The notes beneath the pieces are model-generated. The model made no database searches. It saw only the letters and a program-made list of their open reading frames with translations, and had not been told where the DNA came from. From positions 32,001-96,000 of IMG/VR virus record IMGVR_UViG_3300031994_000039: a DNA stretch of 64,000 bases, one strand, 5' to 3'. Origin of the DNA: a virus. Lineage: Duplodnaviria > Caudoviricetes. Each line of letters starts with the position of its first letter. Positions within the stretch are counted from its first letter, which is position 1. Positions 17,431-26,630 of this stretch are shown piece after piece. The position numbers and the translations under genes are program-made.

Positions 17431-17757
17431 CTCAGTCACGTTTTATTTTTATGTCGAGTCAGAACTGAGACACTCGACAATTACGAATCGTTTATTGGCA
17501 CACTGTATATTTAGATATACATTAATAGAAATACTGTCAAGTTGTTTATAATTCCCACAGTTATGTGGATCAAACAGTATAATTTTTTCAAACACTGACT
17601 GAAGAACTTTTAAATATTTTTGTTTTGCGATCAAACAGAAATTTTAAAACAAAATTCGGTGATCAAGTTTTCGCGTTACTTTCGCTGACAGCAAAAGCAT
17701 GTTATAGTCAACATCATTTCTTCTATCAATCAGTCCCGCGTCTACTGCTGAACGATA

Positions 17758-17958
17758 TTACAGACCATTCTTGTCATATAACGGATGGGCTTCCACTAAG
17801 AAACTGTCGCTCTGCCCATTCGCTGCTTCCCTTACTGCATTATCACTCATAGGAAGCCCTGTGATTTCTGCTATCATCTTCTGTACTGCCTGTTTTGAAC
17901 TACAGAAGTACGACTGTCCGTTTCCTGTGTCTATTAGCTGGAAAATTTCTTTATTCAT
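17758..17958 (-). CDS. Hypothetical protein
   Basis: ORF with AGGAG/AAGGT RBS. Confidence 0.55.
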   Translation of the reverse strand: MNKEIFQLIDTGNGQSYFCSSKQAVQKMIAEITGLPMSDNAVREAANGQSDSFLVEAHPLYDKNGL

Positions 17959-18150
17959 GCTTACCTTACTCCTTTGAATTATTGTTTTAACCAGACTTTT
18001 AAAGTTTCCCTAACCTTCAGAAACTTTAAAACATTATTAACAAATACCTCTGCTTATCTTCCGGTAACACCAAAAGAATATCCTGCCGGATATGTCTTAA
18101 TGCTGCGGCAAAACATATCTTACATGATATCATCTCTCTGGTCGCTTACG

Positions 18151-18345
18151 TTATTTACAAGGGCTAACGATAAACCCTATAAATGCATCCTGTTCTGCGT
18201 CAACTACACGCAGAACATTTCCGCCTTTCTTCATTCTCGACGCAGCCTTAACTGCATCAAGAAATGAAAGATAGATCTCGGTTGTCTTACTTATCCTGTC
18301 TACATCCTGACTGGATAAGAGTTTTGTATCACATGCCAGAAACAT
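18151..18345 (-). CDS. Hypothetical protein
   Basis: Start overlaps the upstream stop. Confidence 0.5.
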   Translation of the reverse strand: MFLACDTKLLSSQDVDRISKTTEIYLSFLDAVKAASRMKKGGNVLRVVDAEQDAFIGFIVSPCK

Positions 18346-18797
18346 TACCTTAACAGCTTCCCTTTCTTATACATTGCGTTTAGTGCTGACCGCCACTTAT
18401 CATTTATTTCCGGATCAATTATGATTCTTGGAATATGATAGATGTCACACACAGCCATCTCAACACGACAGCCTTTTGCGTCATCATAATCCTCGCTAAA
18501 CAGCGCCTCGTCGCACGTAGACAGCAGTTTAATCGCCTCGCCTAAGCAGTACACCCTTCCTTTGAAACATGCCCTCACGCCCGCTGTAGGGGCTGTATTA
18601 GGCTTCGTTTCAACAGTGATCCTGCCGTCAACGAACTCAACTTCATCTTCTTTTATCTTCCGGAATCTTGGTTCGCCATCCTGAGGAACTTCCATGATAT
18701 ATCTGTTGCTACAAAACCAGGATTTCATACGCTCAATTTCACGCTCTATACGCTCGTCAGAGCGTCCATCGAACGGGAGTGATAAGAATACCCTCAT
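18345..18797 (-). CDS. DUF4406 / nucleoside 2-deoxyribosyltransferase-like protein
   Basis: MRVFLSLPFDG...LSTCD...AKGCRVE. Confidence 0.7.
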   Translation of the reverse strand: MRVFLSLPFDGRSDERIEREIERMKSWFCSNRYIMEVPQDGEPRFRKIKEDEVEFVDGRITVETKPNTAPTAGVRACFKGRVYCLGEAIKLLSTCDEALFSEDYDDAKGCRVEMAVCDIYHIPRIIIDPEINDKWRSALNAMYKKGKLLR

Positions 18798-19033
18798 TCC
18801 TCTGCACCCTCTACAAACGCGCCCTGAACGGGATATACGAGCTCATCCTTCTCGAATGTCCAGAGATAACCTACATCAAGAGCAGCGCAGTTGCATCTAT
18901 ACCCTGCCTCCTGAAGCTTCTCATCTCTTTCTCCGAGGTAGATATACATCGTTTTGTCCTCAAGATTTACCTTAAAAACCTCACCCTGTTCAAGCTTTCC
19001 CAAAGGTACTGGCTTTTTATGAATTATCTTCAT
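18794..19033 (-). CDS. Hypothetical protein (paralog of 6851-7126)
   Basis: GGAGG RBS; shared motif pattern. Confidence 0.65.
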   Translation of the reverse strand: MKIIHKKPVPLGKLEQGEVFKVNLEDKTMYIYLGERDEKLQEAGYRCNCAALDVGYLWTFEKDELVYPVQGAFVEGAEE

Positions 19034-19496
19034 TTAAATCCTCCTTAAGTCTGTTGCAATCATTGCAGGCGTATTTTCGAGTATATTTTTCGCTAATATA
19101 TTCAAGGCCCTCTCTAAGTCCTAAATTGCTTTTGTCTGTGCTTTCTGCATTTCCTCCGCACTTACGCAACTCATTAAAACCATCCTCTCCGTATATGATG
19201 AAACCTGATTTCTTAATTGTGTTGTTGAACTGTGCTCTCAGCTGATGCATATCATTGTTGCACATCATCTTTCTGAGAGCTCTTAGAAAGCCTTGTGCCT
19301 GGAATCTGTACTTCTGCTCGATCTTTTCAGCAACTTCCTTGCCCTCTCCAGCATCAATACTTGTCTTAACTTCTTTTAACCATGTGTATAAAAGTTTGTT
19401 ATATTCTCTGAGCACGAGGTTAATATCAACCAGTTTTCCAGTCTTCTTAAGATCACCCATGATAATTTCTCTCCTTCCTGAATGCAGCGTAGTCAT
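19017..19496 (-). CDS. Hypothetical protein
   Basis: ORF track; likely start MGDL near 19460. Confidence 0.6.
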   Translation of the reverse strand: MTTLHSGRREIIMGDLKKTGKLVDINLVLREYNKLLYTWLKEVKTSIDAGEGKEVAEKIEQKYRFQAQGFLRALRKMMCNNDMHQLRAQFNNTIKKSGFIIYGEDGFNELRKCGGNAESTDKSNLGLREGLEYISEKYTRKYACNDCNRLKEDLNEDNS

Positions 19497-19734
19497 TTTC
19501 CCATTGCTGCCGGATCATTTTCTTTCGCTTCGCTGTATCTCTTTCCATCTTTTCTCTCTGTTCTTTTCTGTTGTCAAGTATTACCCACACGCAAACAATT
19601 ACGAACATGGATATATAAATTGTTTTAAAAATAATAGAGCAAACTATATTTAAACTAGGTGTGGTTGCATCTGTTATCATAAACGCTGTTGATAAGATAA
19701 TTCCAAATATCCCAGAATAACCTTTCATTTTCAC
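19453..19734 (-). CDS. Two-TM membrane protein with basic tail
   Basis: Two hydrophobic segments followed by a K/R/E-rich tail. Confidence 0.6.
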   Translation of the reverse strand: MKMKGYSGIFGIILSTAFMITDATTPSLNIVCSIIFKTIYISMFVIVCVWVILDNRKEQREKMERDTAKRKKMIRQQWENDYAAFRKERNYHG

Positions 19735-20255
19735 ATTACCTCTTGTTTTGTTTTTACTTCATAATTTTTGCATTTTCTCTTTAACTTAAATGGTTCTTCA
19801 TCACGTCTAAGAACAAAGCGTCTGTCGCTAAATCGTTTTGCGCGTTCCTGCCCTTTAAGGAATATACACTCGTGATGCATACCAATCTCTGTCCTATCAG
19901 TCTTATAATATTTACAGGTGAGACATTTGTATTGCTTGCAGAGTTCCTTATATTCAGCGTCGCACTCATCTTTAAAGCTACGCTCTACCATTTCCTTAGT
20001 CCATTCCGGAAGTATAAGCCATCTCCAGACTGGTAAGCCGTTGTAGATATCCTGAGTAAACCGTTCATAAACATCCTCTTTCGTCAGACACTCAAAGTAG
20101 TCAGTCGCAAACCTAAATGATTCAAGATATGCCGAAATTTCCTCGTAGTTAATTTCATACTGACCGCCGATCTCTGTGTCTGCAAAAATCCTAAGGATAT
20201 CAACAATAGCAGAGCAAGCCATTGCCTGTTTTGGGTTCATCATATTCCTCCTCAA
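19731..20255 (-). CDS. Cys-containing hypothetical protein directly downstream of the RT
   Basis: CLTC...C...C motif; likely start at MMNP after GAGGAGG. Confidence 0.6.
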   Translation of the reverse strand: MRRNMMNPKQAMACSAIVDILRIFADTEIGGQYEINYEEISAYLESFRFATDYFECLTKEDVYERFTQDIYNGLPVWRWLILPEWTKEMVERSFKDECDAEYKELCKQYKCLTCKYYKTDRTEIGMHHECIFLKGQERAKRFSDRRFVLRRDEEPFKLKRKCKNYEVKTKQEVM

Positions 20256-20273
20256 GCCATGAATGGTATCACC

Positions 20274-21440
20274 TTATAAAGTTTTCAAGTCATTCTTAAT
20301 TGACTCAGCTATATTCAAGCCGACCTTCTGACTCATCTTGTCAACTATTTTCTGAATGGCTTCCTTTTCGACCATCGAGAAGTAATTACGATACCCTTCG
20401 AGCACTTGAATGTCATTCAACGACCAGTCCTTTCCGTTCTTTTTGTCCATGCCGTATGAATACAACATTGCGGTGAACTTTTTCTTGTTCTTATATCCGA
20501 CTGTAATCTGATTGTCCTTATTAAGCATTACGCCAAGATTCCAGTTTGAACCTGCAGAAGAACCATACCTTGTCTTCTTTCTATTAAGCTCGAACGGAGC
20601 TCCGAATTCCTGAAGAACCTTTACTATTTCGTCCTCAATCATCTTGTAACTGAAGTCTATCTTACATGATATGATGAAGTCATCCGCATATCTTGTATAC
20701 ACAAACTTCCTGTTATCATAATCCCTGAACATATTAAACAGCTTGTAGTCAATTGGGATCATCATGATGTTTGTTATTAGTGGGCTGATCGGAGTTCCTT
20801 GAGGAAGCCCGCCGTTTAAGAACGCAAGGCTGATTGCCTGCTCGAAATATTTCTTTCCTTCCGGAACCGCAAGAACTCTGGAAAACGGAAAAATCATACT
20901 GAACATCTTTGTCACGAATTCCGGAGTTGTGCTTCCAAAGAAGTTATGAAGGTCGAACTTTGCAAACCACTTACTTTCATTACCCTGATGTCTCTTTACT
21001 GCATCCAGTGTGCTTCTGCCTTTTATATATGCAAATGCTGATGTATGATACATCGCACCAAATCCATCCTCGAAGATGAACTTAAGTTCCCGAAGCGCCT
21101 CCATAAGTCTCGGCTTAGGTGCATCGATTCTACGAAGGCCGCCGGATCTCTTCGGAATGTGGAATGATCTATAAAGTTCCGCTCTATCCACTTCAAAGAG
21201 ATCCTTGTACTTCTCGTTAAAGCACCACAATTCATTAATGAGTGACTGAATATTCAAACTGCCGAATATCTTTTCAGCATTTCTGGATAAGTATGTTCGT
21301 GTGTTTGTATTCCTGCCGTCCTTGCGTGTATAGTTTTTATATCTTTCGTTCCATTCATTATCTGGTAACGAAAAGAAATCGTCCAGAGATAGCTGAACTG
21401 TTTTCTTATTAAGAACAACTACTACATACTCATTGTACAT
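20274..21440 (-). CDS. Retron-type reverse transcriptase (388 aa)
   Basis: IPKRSGGLRRIDAP, region-X-like SAFAY..GRS...DAVKRH, KFDLHNFFGS, GLPQGTPISP, YTRYADD, region-Y-like NLGV; start at ATG after AAAGGAGG. Confidence 0.9.
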   Translation of the reverse strand: MYNEYVVVVLNKKTVQLSLDDFFSLPDNEWNERYKNYTRKDGRNTNTRTYLSRNAEKIFGSLNIQSLINELWCFNEKYKDLFEVDRAELYRSFHIPKRSGGLRRIDAPKPRLMEALRELKFIFEDGFGAMYHTSAFAYIKGRSTLDAVKRHQGNESKWFAKFDLHNFFGSTTPEFVTKMFSMIFPFSRVLAVPEGKKYFEQAISLAFLNGGLPQGTPISPLITNIMMIPIDYKLFNMFRDYDNRKFVYTRYADDFIISCKIDFSYKMIEDEIVKVLQEFGAPFELNRKKTRYGSSAGSNWNLGVMLNKDNQITVGYKNKKKFTAMLYSYGMDKKNGKDWSLNDIQVLEGYRNYFSMVEKEAIQKIVDKMSQKVGLNIAESIKNDLKTL

Positions 21441-21459
21441 AGAGTTTCCTCCTTTCAAA

Positions 21460-21651
21460 TTAATTGTCAACCTCCACGACAATCTTATTATTGTCCAGAG
21501 AGAAGAAGACCACGGCGTGATCGAGGAAATCCTCAACCCGCTGTGGACTTTCGTTCTTTGTGCTTTCAATTATAACTTCCTGACTGCCTGCAGAAACCAG
21601 TGTGAAGTCTATGCTCAGTGCAGCCTTACTGTAAAAATCCCCAAATTTCAT
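21460..21651 (-). CDS. Small protein (63 aa) between DUF5688 and the RT
   Basis: AGAGGA RBS; fills the gap upstream of the RT. Confidence 0.6.
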   Translation of the reverse strand: MKFGDFYSKAALSIDFTLVSAGSQEVIIESTKNESPQRVEDFLDHAVVFFSLDNNKIVVEVDN

Positions 21652-21672
21652 TTTTCCTAGTCCTCTTTATTT

Positions 21673-22584
21673 TTAGCAATTAACCGTCGTAAATTCTTTC
21701 GTGTCTTTATTGAAGAAGAATATCTCTCCAGAAAGAGTATCCGCTGGTCCGAATATTCTATTTGTTTCCGTTACATTACGCTTAATGCTCGTCGGATCGA
21801 TGCTTCCAACCTTGTGAACCATAGCCTCGTGTATACTTGTGAACGCTACGTAGAAGCTATCGCCGTACATTTCTGCAAGCTTTTCCTTAACTCCCGGACA
21901 GAACATTGCGATCGCTCCGTTTGTTTTCCTGCTGGTTGTGACGAGCGTGACTCTGTTGTTACTAAGTCTTTCCTTGCTTTCGAGAACTTTCTTTCCGCTT
22001 CCGTCAGTTATGTTAAACATGTCTGTGTAGAACATTGGAACCTGATTCTTTACTGTGTTCTCCATTGCAGCCGCGAAGATATCCAAATCCTTCATACCTG
22101 TCTGCTTCTTATATCCTTCGACACATCTCATCGGAACCTTTATTGTGTTCAAGATTCCGTCGCAGTCACTCATAATAAGGTAAAGAACCAGCGCAATATC
22201 ACCCTTCTTGCAGTACATGCAAGGTTCTTTTGCATTCTTCTGGATAAATTCCGCACTATAATTCACAGGTCTGATGATTAATTCGTCCTTAATCTTAGTG
22301 TAGTCTTCTATTCTGTCGATCTTATTCATGAATCCACCAGCCCTTTTTCTGATGCTTGTCAAAGCCTCGCCAGTTGCCCTAAGGACAATGTCCCATCCTC
22401 TTTCGTTTACTGACTTCTGTGTATCTGCCAGTCTTACTGCCATTGATACCTCATCGCCGTTCAGTTTTATTCTTGCAACCTCTACATCATTTACACATTC
22501 AACGAGGAATTCCTCATTTGCCTGGATAAGATTGTATTCTTCCATTTTTTCTTTTAATACCTTTGCAAATTCTTTGTTAGTCAT
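21673..22584 (-). CDS. DUF5688-family protein
   Basis: LIIRPVNY...GDIALVLY...TNGAIAMF.P...FYVAFTSIHE...LSGEIFFF. Confidence 0.7.
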   Translation of the reverse strand: MTNKEFAKVLKEKMEEYNLIQANEEFLVECVNDVEVARIKLNGDEVSMAVRLADTQKSVNERGWDIVLRATGEALTSIRKRAGGFMNKIDRIEDYTKIKDELIIRPVNYSAEFIQKNAKEPCMYCKKGDIALVLYLIMSDCDGILNTIKVPMRCVEGYKKQTGMKDLDIFAAAMENTVKNQVPMFYTDMFNITDGSGKKVLESKERLSNNRVTLVTTSRKTNGAIAMFCPGVKEKLAEMYGDSFYVAFTSIHEAMVHKVGSIDPTSIKRNVTETNRIFGPADTLSGEIFFFNKDTKEFTTVNC

Positions 22585-22625
22585 AATCAAAACCTCCAAG
22601 TTTAATTATCTTACTACCATTGTTC

Positions 22626-22903
22626 GTGTAACCTGATTACCTTTCAGGATCTCAGGGCAGCGGGCGCTGGTGCCACCGGCGCGCGTCAAAGCGATCTTTT
22701 ATTTGTTCCTTTGCGGAACAAAAGAACGAAGGTCCACGTATTTGCGTGCTTCCTGAGATCTGTTTCTCTAATCAGGGCGGCTCCAGATCCGGAGATGGCG
22801 ACTTGAGTTGTCGCCTCTCCTCCTCCTTCGCCTTATCATGTCGAGCCTTTTAATTACATCAAAAGGTTATTTCATATTGGATATAAAATAATATGCGTTA
22901 CAC
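22626..22903 (-). ncRNA. Retron-like msr-msd ncRNA 1
   Basis: Terminal IR GTGTAAC/GTTACAC; G immediately 3' of the 5' repeat (22896); two short 5' hairpins; long 3' stem CCTGATTA..GATCTCAGG / CCTGAGATC..TAATCAGG. Confidence 0.75.
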
Positions 22904-22932
22904 ATTTTCATGTATTAATAAAAGATAGCGTG

Positions 22933-23017
22933 ATACATAAATTACATAAACAATACCGCCGCAAAAATCCCGCAAACCACGTAGCTATCAGGTTTGCGGG
23001 GGATAGTTTTTTCCAAC
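22933..23017 (-). promoter_or_regulatory. Promoter/operator-like element, homologous to 41509-41584
   Basis: GTTGGAAA-A-AACTA + IR enclosing TAGCTACGTGGTT + ATTTATGTAT. Confidence 0.55.
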
Positions 23018-23057
23018 TTTCTTGCGGAGTTATGTTTTATTACGTTTTGTCGCTCGC

Positions 23058-23720
23058 TTAAAAAGCGTCGATTTCAAAGCTCTTCAGATCAACTAAAACC
23101 ATCTTCTTAATTCCTTCGCCCTTTACGAAGTGTATGAAGTTGGTTACTGCGATTGACGATACCACTCTAACAACAGGGCACACGCCCAGTGTAATGCCGC
23201 AAGCTGATGTGGGAGTTTCTGCCTTCGCTTCTTCATGGCTGAACTGCATTGTAGCCAGAAGATTTTCCCTCATGCTTTTATCTGACCAGTCAGCAGCGTA
23301 ATGCTGTGCGTGCTCTAACAAAGTTCTTATGTCGAACACTGCTTTAACCATCGGATTAAGCATATGTTTTTCACAGATTTCTCTGCGGATCTCGATACTG
23401 TCTACGCAAAGGAAGACATATCCTGCAAGAGTTTCACCGTTCCAACCCTTCTTTGTTTTGATCTCGATGTCCGGATTGATGTTCTGGAGAATACCCTTGA
23501 GAGCTTCTGTCTTTTCCTTGCCGACATCTTCTTTCGTGAACATCTGGTTCACGATATTATGTTCCTCTACCTTATCAAAATCCCAGAGAACCATTGACTT
23601 TACGCCACAGCGGGCGAGGTTTTCTGCGATTGTTGAACCGACAGATCCACATCCGATGATGTGGATGTTGCCGTTTACATTGCTTGGGTTGAAGTATTCG
23701 AGTGATTTTGATAAATTCAT
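23058..23720 (-). CDS. ThiF/E1-like adenylyltransferase
   Basis: IIGCGSVGS, WDFDKVEEHNIVNQ, FLCVDS, SACG (candidate catalytic Cys); no CxxC zinc pairs. Confidence 0.9.
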   Translation of the reverse strand: MNLSKSLEYFNPSNVNGNIHIIGCGSVGSTIAENLARCGVKSMVLWDFDKVEEHNIVNQMFTKEDVGKEKTEALKGILQNINPDIEIKTKKGWNGETLAGYVFLCVDSIEIRREICEKHMLNPMVKAVFDIRTLLEHAQHYAADWSDKSMRENLLATMQFSHEEAKAETPTSACGITLGVCPVVRVVSSIAVTNFIHFVKGEGIKKMVLVDLKSFEIDAF

Positions 23721-23721
23721 A

Positions 23722-24333
23722 TTAACACGCCTCCACAAATAATTCTTCAAGGTTCACCTTTTCTTCTTCAGGTTCTTCTTTGATCTGGACTTCCGTTGTA
23801 CAGTACTCTTCAAATGCCTTCATGAGTTCTTCGGCAAATTCACTTTCCTGTTCTTCTGTAAGAGCTGGTGTCTCAGGTTCAGGTTCCTCTTCCGGAATCT
23901 CATAATTGTCAACAATTTCATGGATGATGTCCATTATATCTGTTGCTGCTTCCCCTTCTGCGGCAGGTTCTTCTTCCTCCTCAGGGTCATCCTCTTCTTC
24001 GGGTTCATCTTCCCATTCCTGGTTGTTGTCCATATATGATTTGAGATCGTCTTTATAATCATTGAACTGCCCGTCGTTGTCGTCTGTTCCTCTCCACGTT
24101 CCGTCGTAGTCGTCGTGTATATATCTGTCATACCTGTCACTTGGTATATCATCAACCAAGCTTCTTAAATCTGACAGAGAGTCGCAGTACTTTGCGTCAT
24201 CGAGAATTCTGCTTTCAAATTCGCCGTGCGTATATAAACCGCCTGTGAAAACATCATTAAAATAATCATAATCCCTTGCGCATTGTTCCAGTTCATCATA
24301 GGTGGTGATATCTTCAAACTCTGTTCGTGTCAT
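23722..24333 (-). CDS. Highly acidic protein in the Ubl operon
   Basis: D/E-rich throughout, with EEEDDPEEEEEP tracts. Confidence 0.7.
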   Translation of the reverse strand: MTRTEFEDITTYDELEQCARDYDYFNDVFTGGLYTHGEFESRILDDAKYCDSLSDLRSLVDDIPSDRYDRYIHDDYDGTWRGTDDNDGQFNDYKDDLKSYMDNNQEWEDEPEEEDDPEEEEEPAAEGEAATDIMDIIHEIVDNYEIPEEEPEPETPALTEEQESEFAEELMKAFEEYCTTEVQIKEEPEEEKVNLEELFVEAC

Positions 24334-24352
24334 ATTTCAGACCCTCCTTACC

Positions 24353-25162
24353 TTACCATCCGCAACCAAATCTTTCGCTCAGCCACGCTTCGTATTCCTC
24401 ATCTGTCATGCCAGCGTAGTAGTCACTATATTTTGATTTCTTACCGCCTTTGCCTTTGCCGATAGTCTTTGTGTCGGCTAAGGTACCCTTCAGATTGTAA
24501 ATCTGTGTACCTGTGTATCTTGGGAAGTATTCATCAACCACGAGTTCCTTCGCTTTTTCTGCGAACTCCAGGATTTCCTCTTCGACATCGACGAATACCG
24601 TAACATCATTGTCTTCATAGACTGTGTTACTCTGTTTATCGTAAATGTTTACGTATACGTCTCCTTTTTTATTTGTAACCAAGAAGATATAGAAGTCGTC
24701 GTCTCTGAGCTGATCAACGATTCCTCCGTAATAGGTTTCGTCTACGCTTGAAGGAGTTACGCCCATGTTTACATGGCTGTGCCCCTGCATTCTTAAGTTC
24801 TGAAAAACCTCGTCTGGCTGTTCGTAGAGCCACATCTGATACTTTTCCTGATCCGTAGTGACAGTTGAACCTGTTACCTTCTGCGGGTAAACTACTATGT
24901 CGTCGATGACATAATCGCCGTCCTTTACCTTTCTGGCGATGCCGTGCCATGCAACCTCTTTATCAAACTTATCAACCAGTGCTCTCATTTTCTTATCGGC
25001 AAGCTGACTGATTTCCAGTGAAGCTTTTTTGCCGGTATTCAGTGTGAGTTTCTTGCTGTAGTTGACTGTGTTATTCTTGAAGACTCCGGCTGCGAGAAAT
25101 TTTAAAAATTCCTCACGGATCTTTTCAATTTCTGTCTGATCTATATTAAATGCACGACTCAT
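24353..25162 (-). CDS. JAB/MPN+ metallopeptidase (deubiquitinase-like)
   Basis: EVAWHG...GHSHVNMGVTPSSVD = E...HxH-x7-S-x2-D. Confidence 0.9.
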   Translation of the reverse strand: MSRAFNIDQTEIEKIREEFLKFLAAGVFKNNTVNYSKKLTLNTGKKASLEISQLADKKMRALVDKFDKEVAWHGIARKVKDGDYVIDDIVVYPQKVTGSTVTTDQEKYQMWLYEQPDEVFQNLRMQGHSHVNMGVTPSSVDETYYGGIVDQLRDDDFYIFLVTNKKGDVYVNIYDKQSNTVYEDNDVTVFVDVEEEILEFAEKAKELVVDEYFPRYTGTQIYNLKGTLADTKTIGKGKGGKKSKYSDYYAGMTDEEYEAWLSERFGCGW

Positions 25163-25166
25163 ATGA

Positions 25167-26570
25167 TTAACCTTCCTTTCTAAGTTCCTCAAGAACTTCA
25201 TTGAGTGTGTAGCTGTTTCCGTTTAATTCAAAAGCTCTCTTGTTTGTTCTTGTTATGCGAGTTGTAAACTCTTCCATAACGGTGCTGTCTGCGAAGTTCA
25301 ATGAACGAACTGACATTCCGCAGAGACTGAGACACTGGATTGTATCGCCCGCCTTGAGCGCATCGACCATCATCATTTCATAGTCACCTAAACAGTGGTA
25401 ACGGTCGATATGTGTATTCGGGAAGTAATCCTGAACTTCTGGAATGTAGCTTGCGTCTGCTATTCCAGTCACTCTGAACTCGCTTATCTTTATTCTGTAA
25501 GCTGCAACACTCTTGAGCTTCACACTATGTTCTACGAAGATCGCATTGAAGAGTTTTTCTGTGTCCTCTCTGCTGATGTTTGAATAATCGTAAATAATAC
25601 TATCGTAATTATCTACAAATTCCTCAGCTGTATCCGAATCAAATACATCAAGATATCCAGTAGCAAAAAACTCGATTGAGTCGCCGCTGCATGAATTGAA
25701 TACGAGATTTTTATTTGCCTTGAAGAAGTCGAGAATTTCGTTACTTTCATTCTTCACAACATTTCTTAATCCATCAATAATGATGTTCTTATCTCTTATC
25801 TTTATGAGCAGATTCGAAATTTCCTCACGCTTCATAGCTATCGTCTGTTCCAGTGATGAGATTTCGTTCTTGTGATATTCTAACTTATTCTTTGCAAAGC
25901 GAGTCTCAATTCCTGAAAGTGCTGCTTCCATTTTCCTTTCCCGGATGCCCTTGATAGCTGCGATGTTTGCGATTGCCTTTAAGAAAGGTTCTACGTTAGT
26001 CTTGCTGAGAGTTTCAAGGAACTCTGTTTCCTCTTTGGTGATAGGCTTTTCCTTGAAGAACCACGGCAGATATACCGGAGTTCCCATTAATACATAACGT
26101 TCTGTTTCAAGAGACATATTTTCTATCGGCTTATAGATTACGATTGTCCGCTTGCCGCATGTGAAACATGTTACCTCAGTTCTGCTAAAGAACTTTCTAA
26201 CCTTCGCAGTTTCAACCCATTCCGGGCTCTTTTCCTTAACTCCCTCGCTGAGTTCGTCAAACCACTTTGTATCCGATCTCTTTACAGATATCAGCCATAA
26301 ATCCTCATCACACTTTTCTGTGTCGAATGTGAGTAATCTGTTGTGTAATTCATCGTATGATGAATCATACATGCCAGCGTTTCTGGTTATTTCGTTATAC
26401 CTGATTTTGAATGGCGCGTCGTCTTCGACCCTGTCGATTAATAACGCTCTTACAACCATATTGAATACTACGTCTGTACTATAATTCCATTCGATCTTAT
26501 AGATCTTCTTATCATCTTCGTCTTCGTTGTAACTGAAGGCAGTTGATGCTGGGATTCTTCCGTTGAACAT
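25167..26570 (-). CDS. Coiled-coil + prokaryotic E2-like conjugating enzyme
   Basis: Central coiled coil; C-terminal PNTHIDRYHCLG resembles the E2 HPH/HPN...CLG active site; context with E1, JAB and Ubl. Confidence 0.65.
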   Translation of the reverse strand: MFNGRIPASTAFSYNEDEDDKKIYKIEWNYSTDVVFNMVVRALLIDRVEDDAPFKIRYNEITRNAGMYDSSYDELHNRLLTFDTEKCDEDLWLISVKRSDTKWFDELSEGVKEKSPEWVETAKVRKFFSRTEVTCFTCGKRTIVIYKPIENMSLETERYVLMGTPVYLPWFFKEKPITKEETEFLETLSKTNVEPFLKAIANIAAIKGIRERKMEAALSGIETRFAKNKLEYHKNEISSLEQTIAMKREEISNLLIKIRDKNIIIDGLRNVVKNESNEILDFFKANKNLVFNSCSGDSIEFFATGYLDVFDSDTAEEFVDNYDSIIYDYSNISREDTEKLFNAIFVEHSVKLKSVAAYRIKISEFRVTGIADASYIPEVQDYFPNTHIDRYHCLGDYEMMMVDALKAGDTIQCLSLCGMSVRSLNFADSTVMEEFTTRITRTNKRAFELNGNSYTLNEVLEELRKEG

Positions 26571-26630
26571 TTAAAAATTCCTCCTTAGAAAGATTGGCGG
26601 GGTGTTGTGTTCCCCGCCTTTTGGTTTTGG

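Noticed and set aside
20274-21440. DGR or group II intron RT
   Set aside because: No template/variable repeat pair differing only at adenines was seen (the Ubl and 126-aa duplicates differ at all base types). No maturase domain or domain V; the motifs are retron-like.
21441-21660. msr-msd immediately upstream of the RT
   Set aside because: No terminal inverted repeat; the space is filled by a 63-aa ORF with its own RBS.
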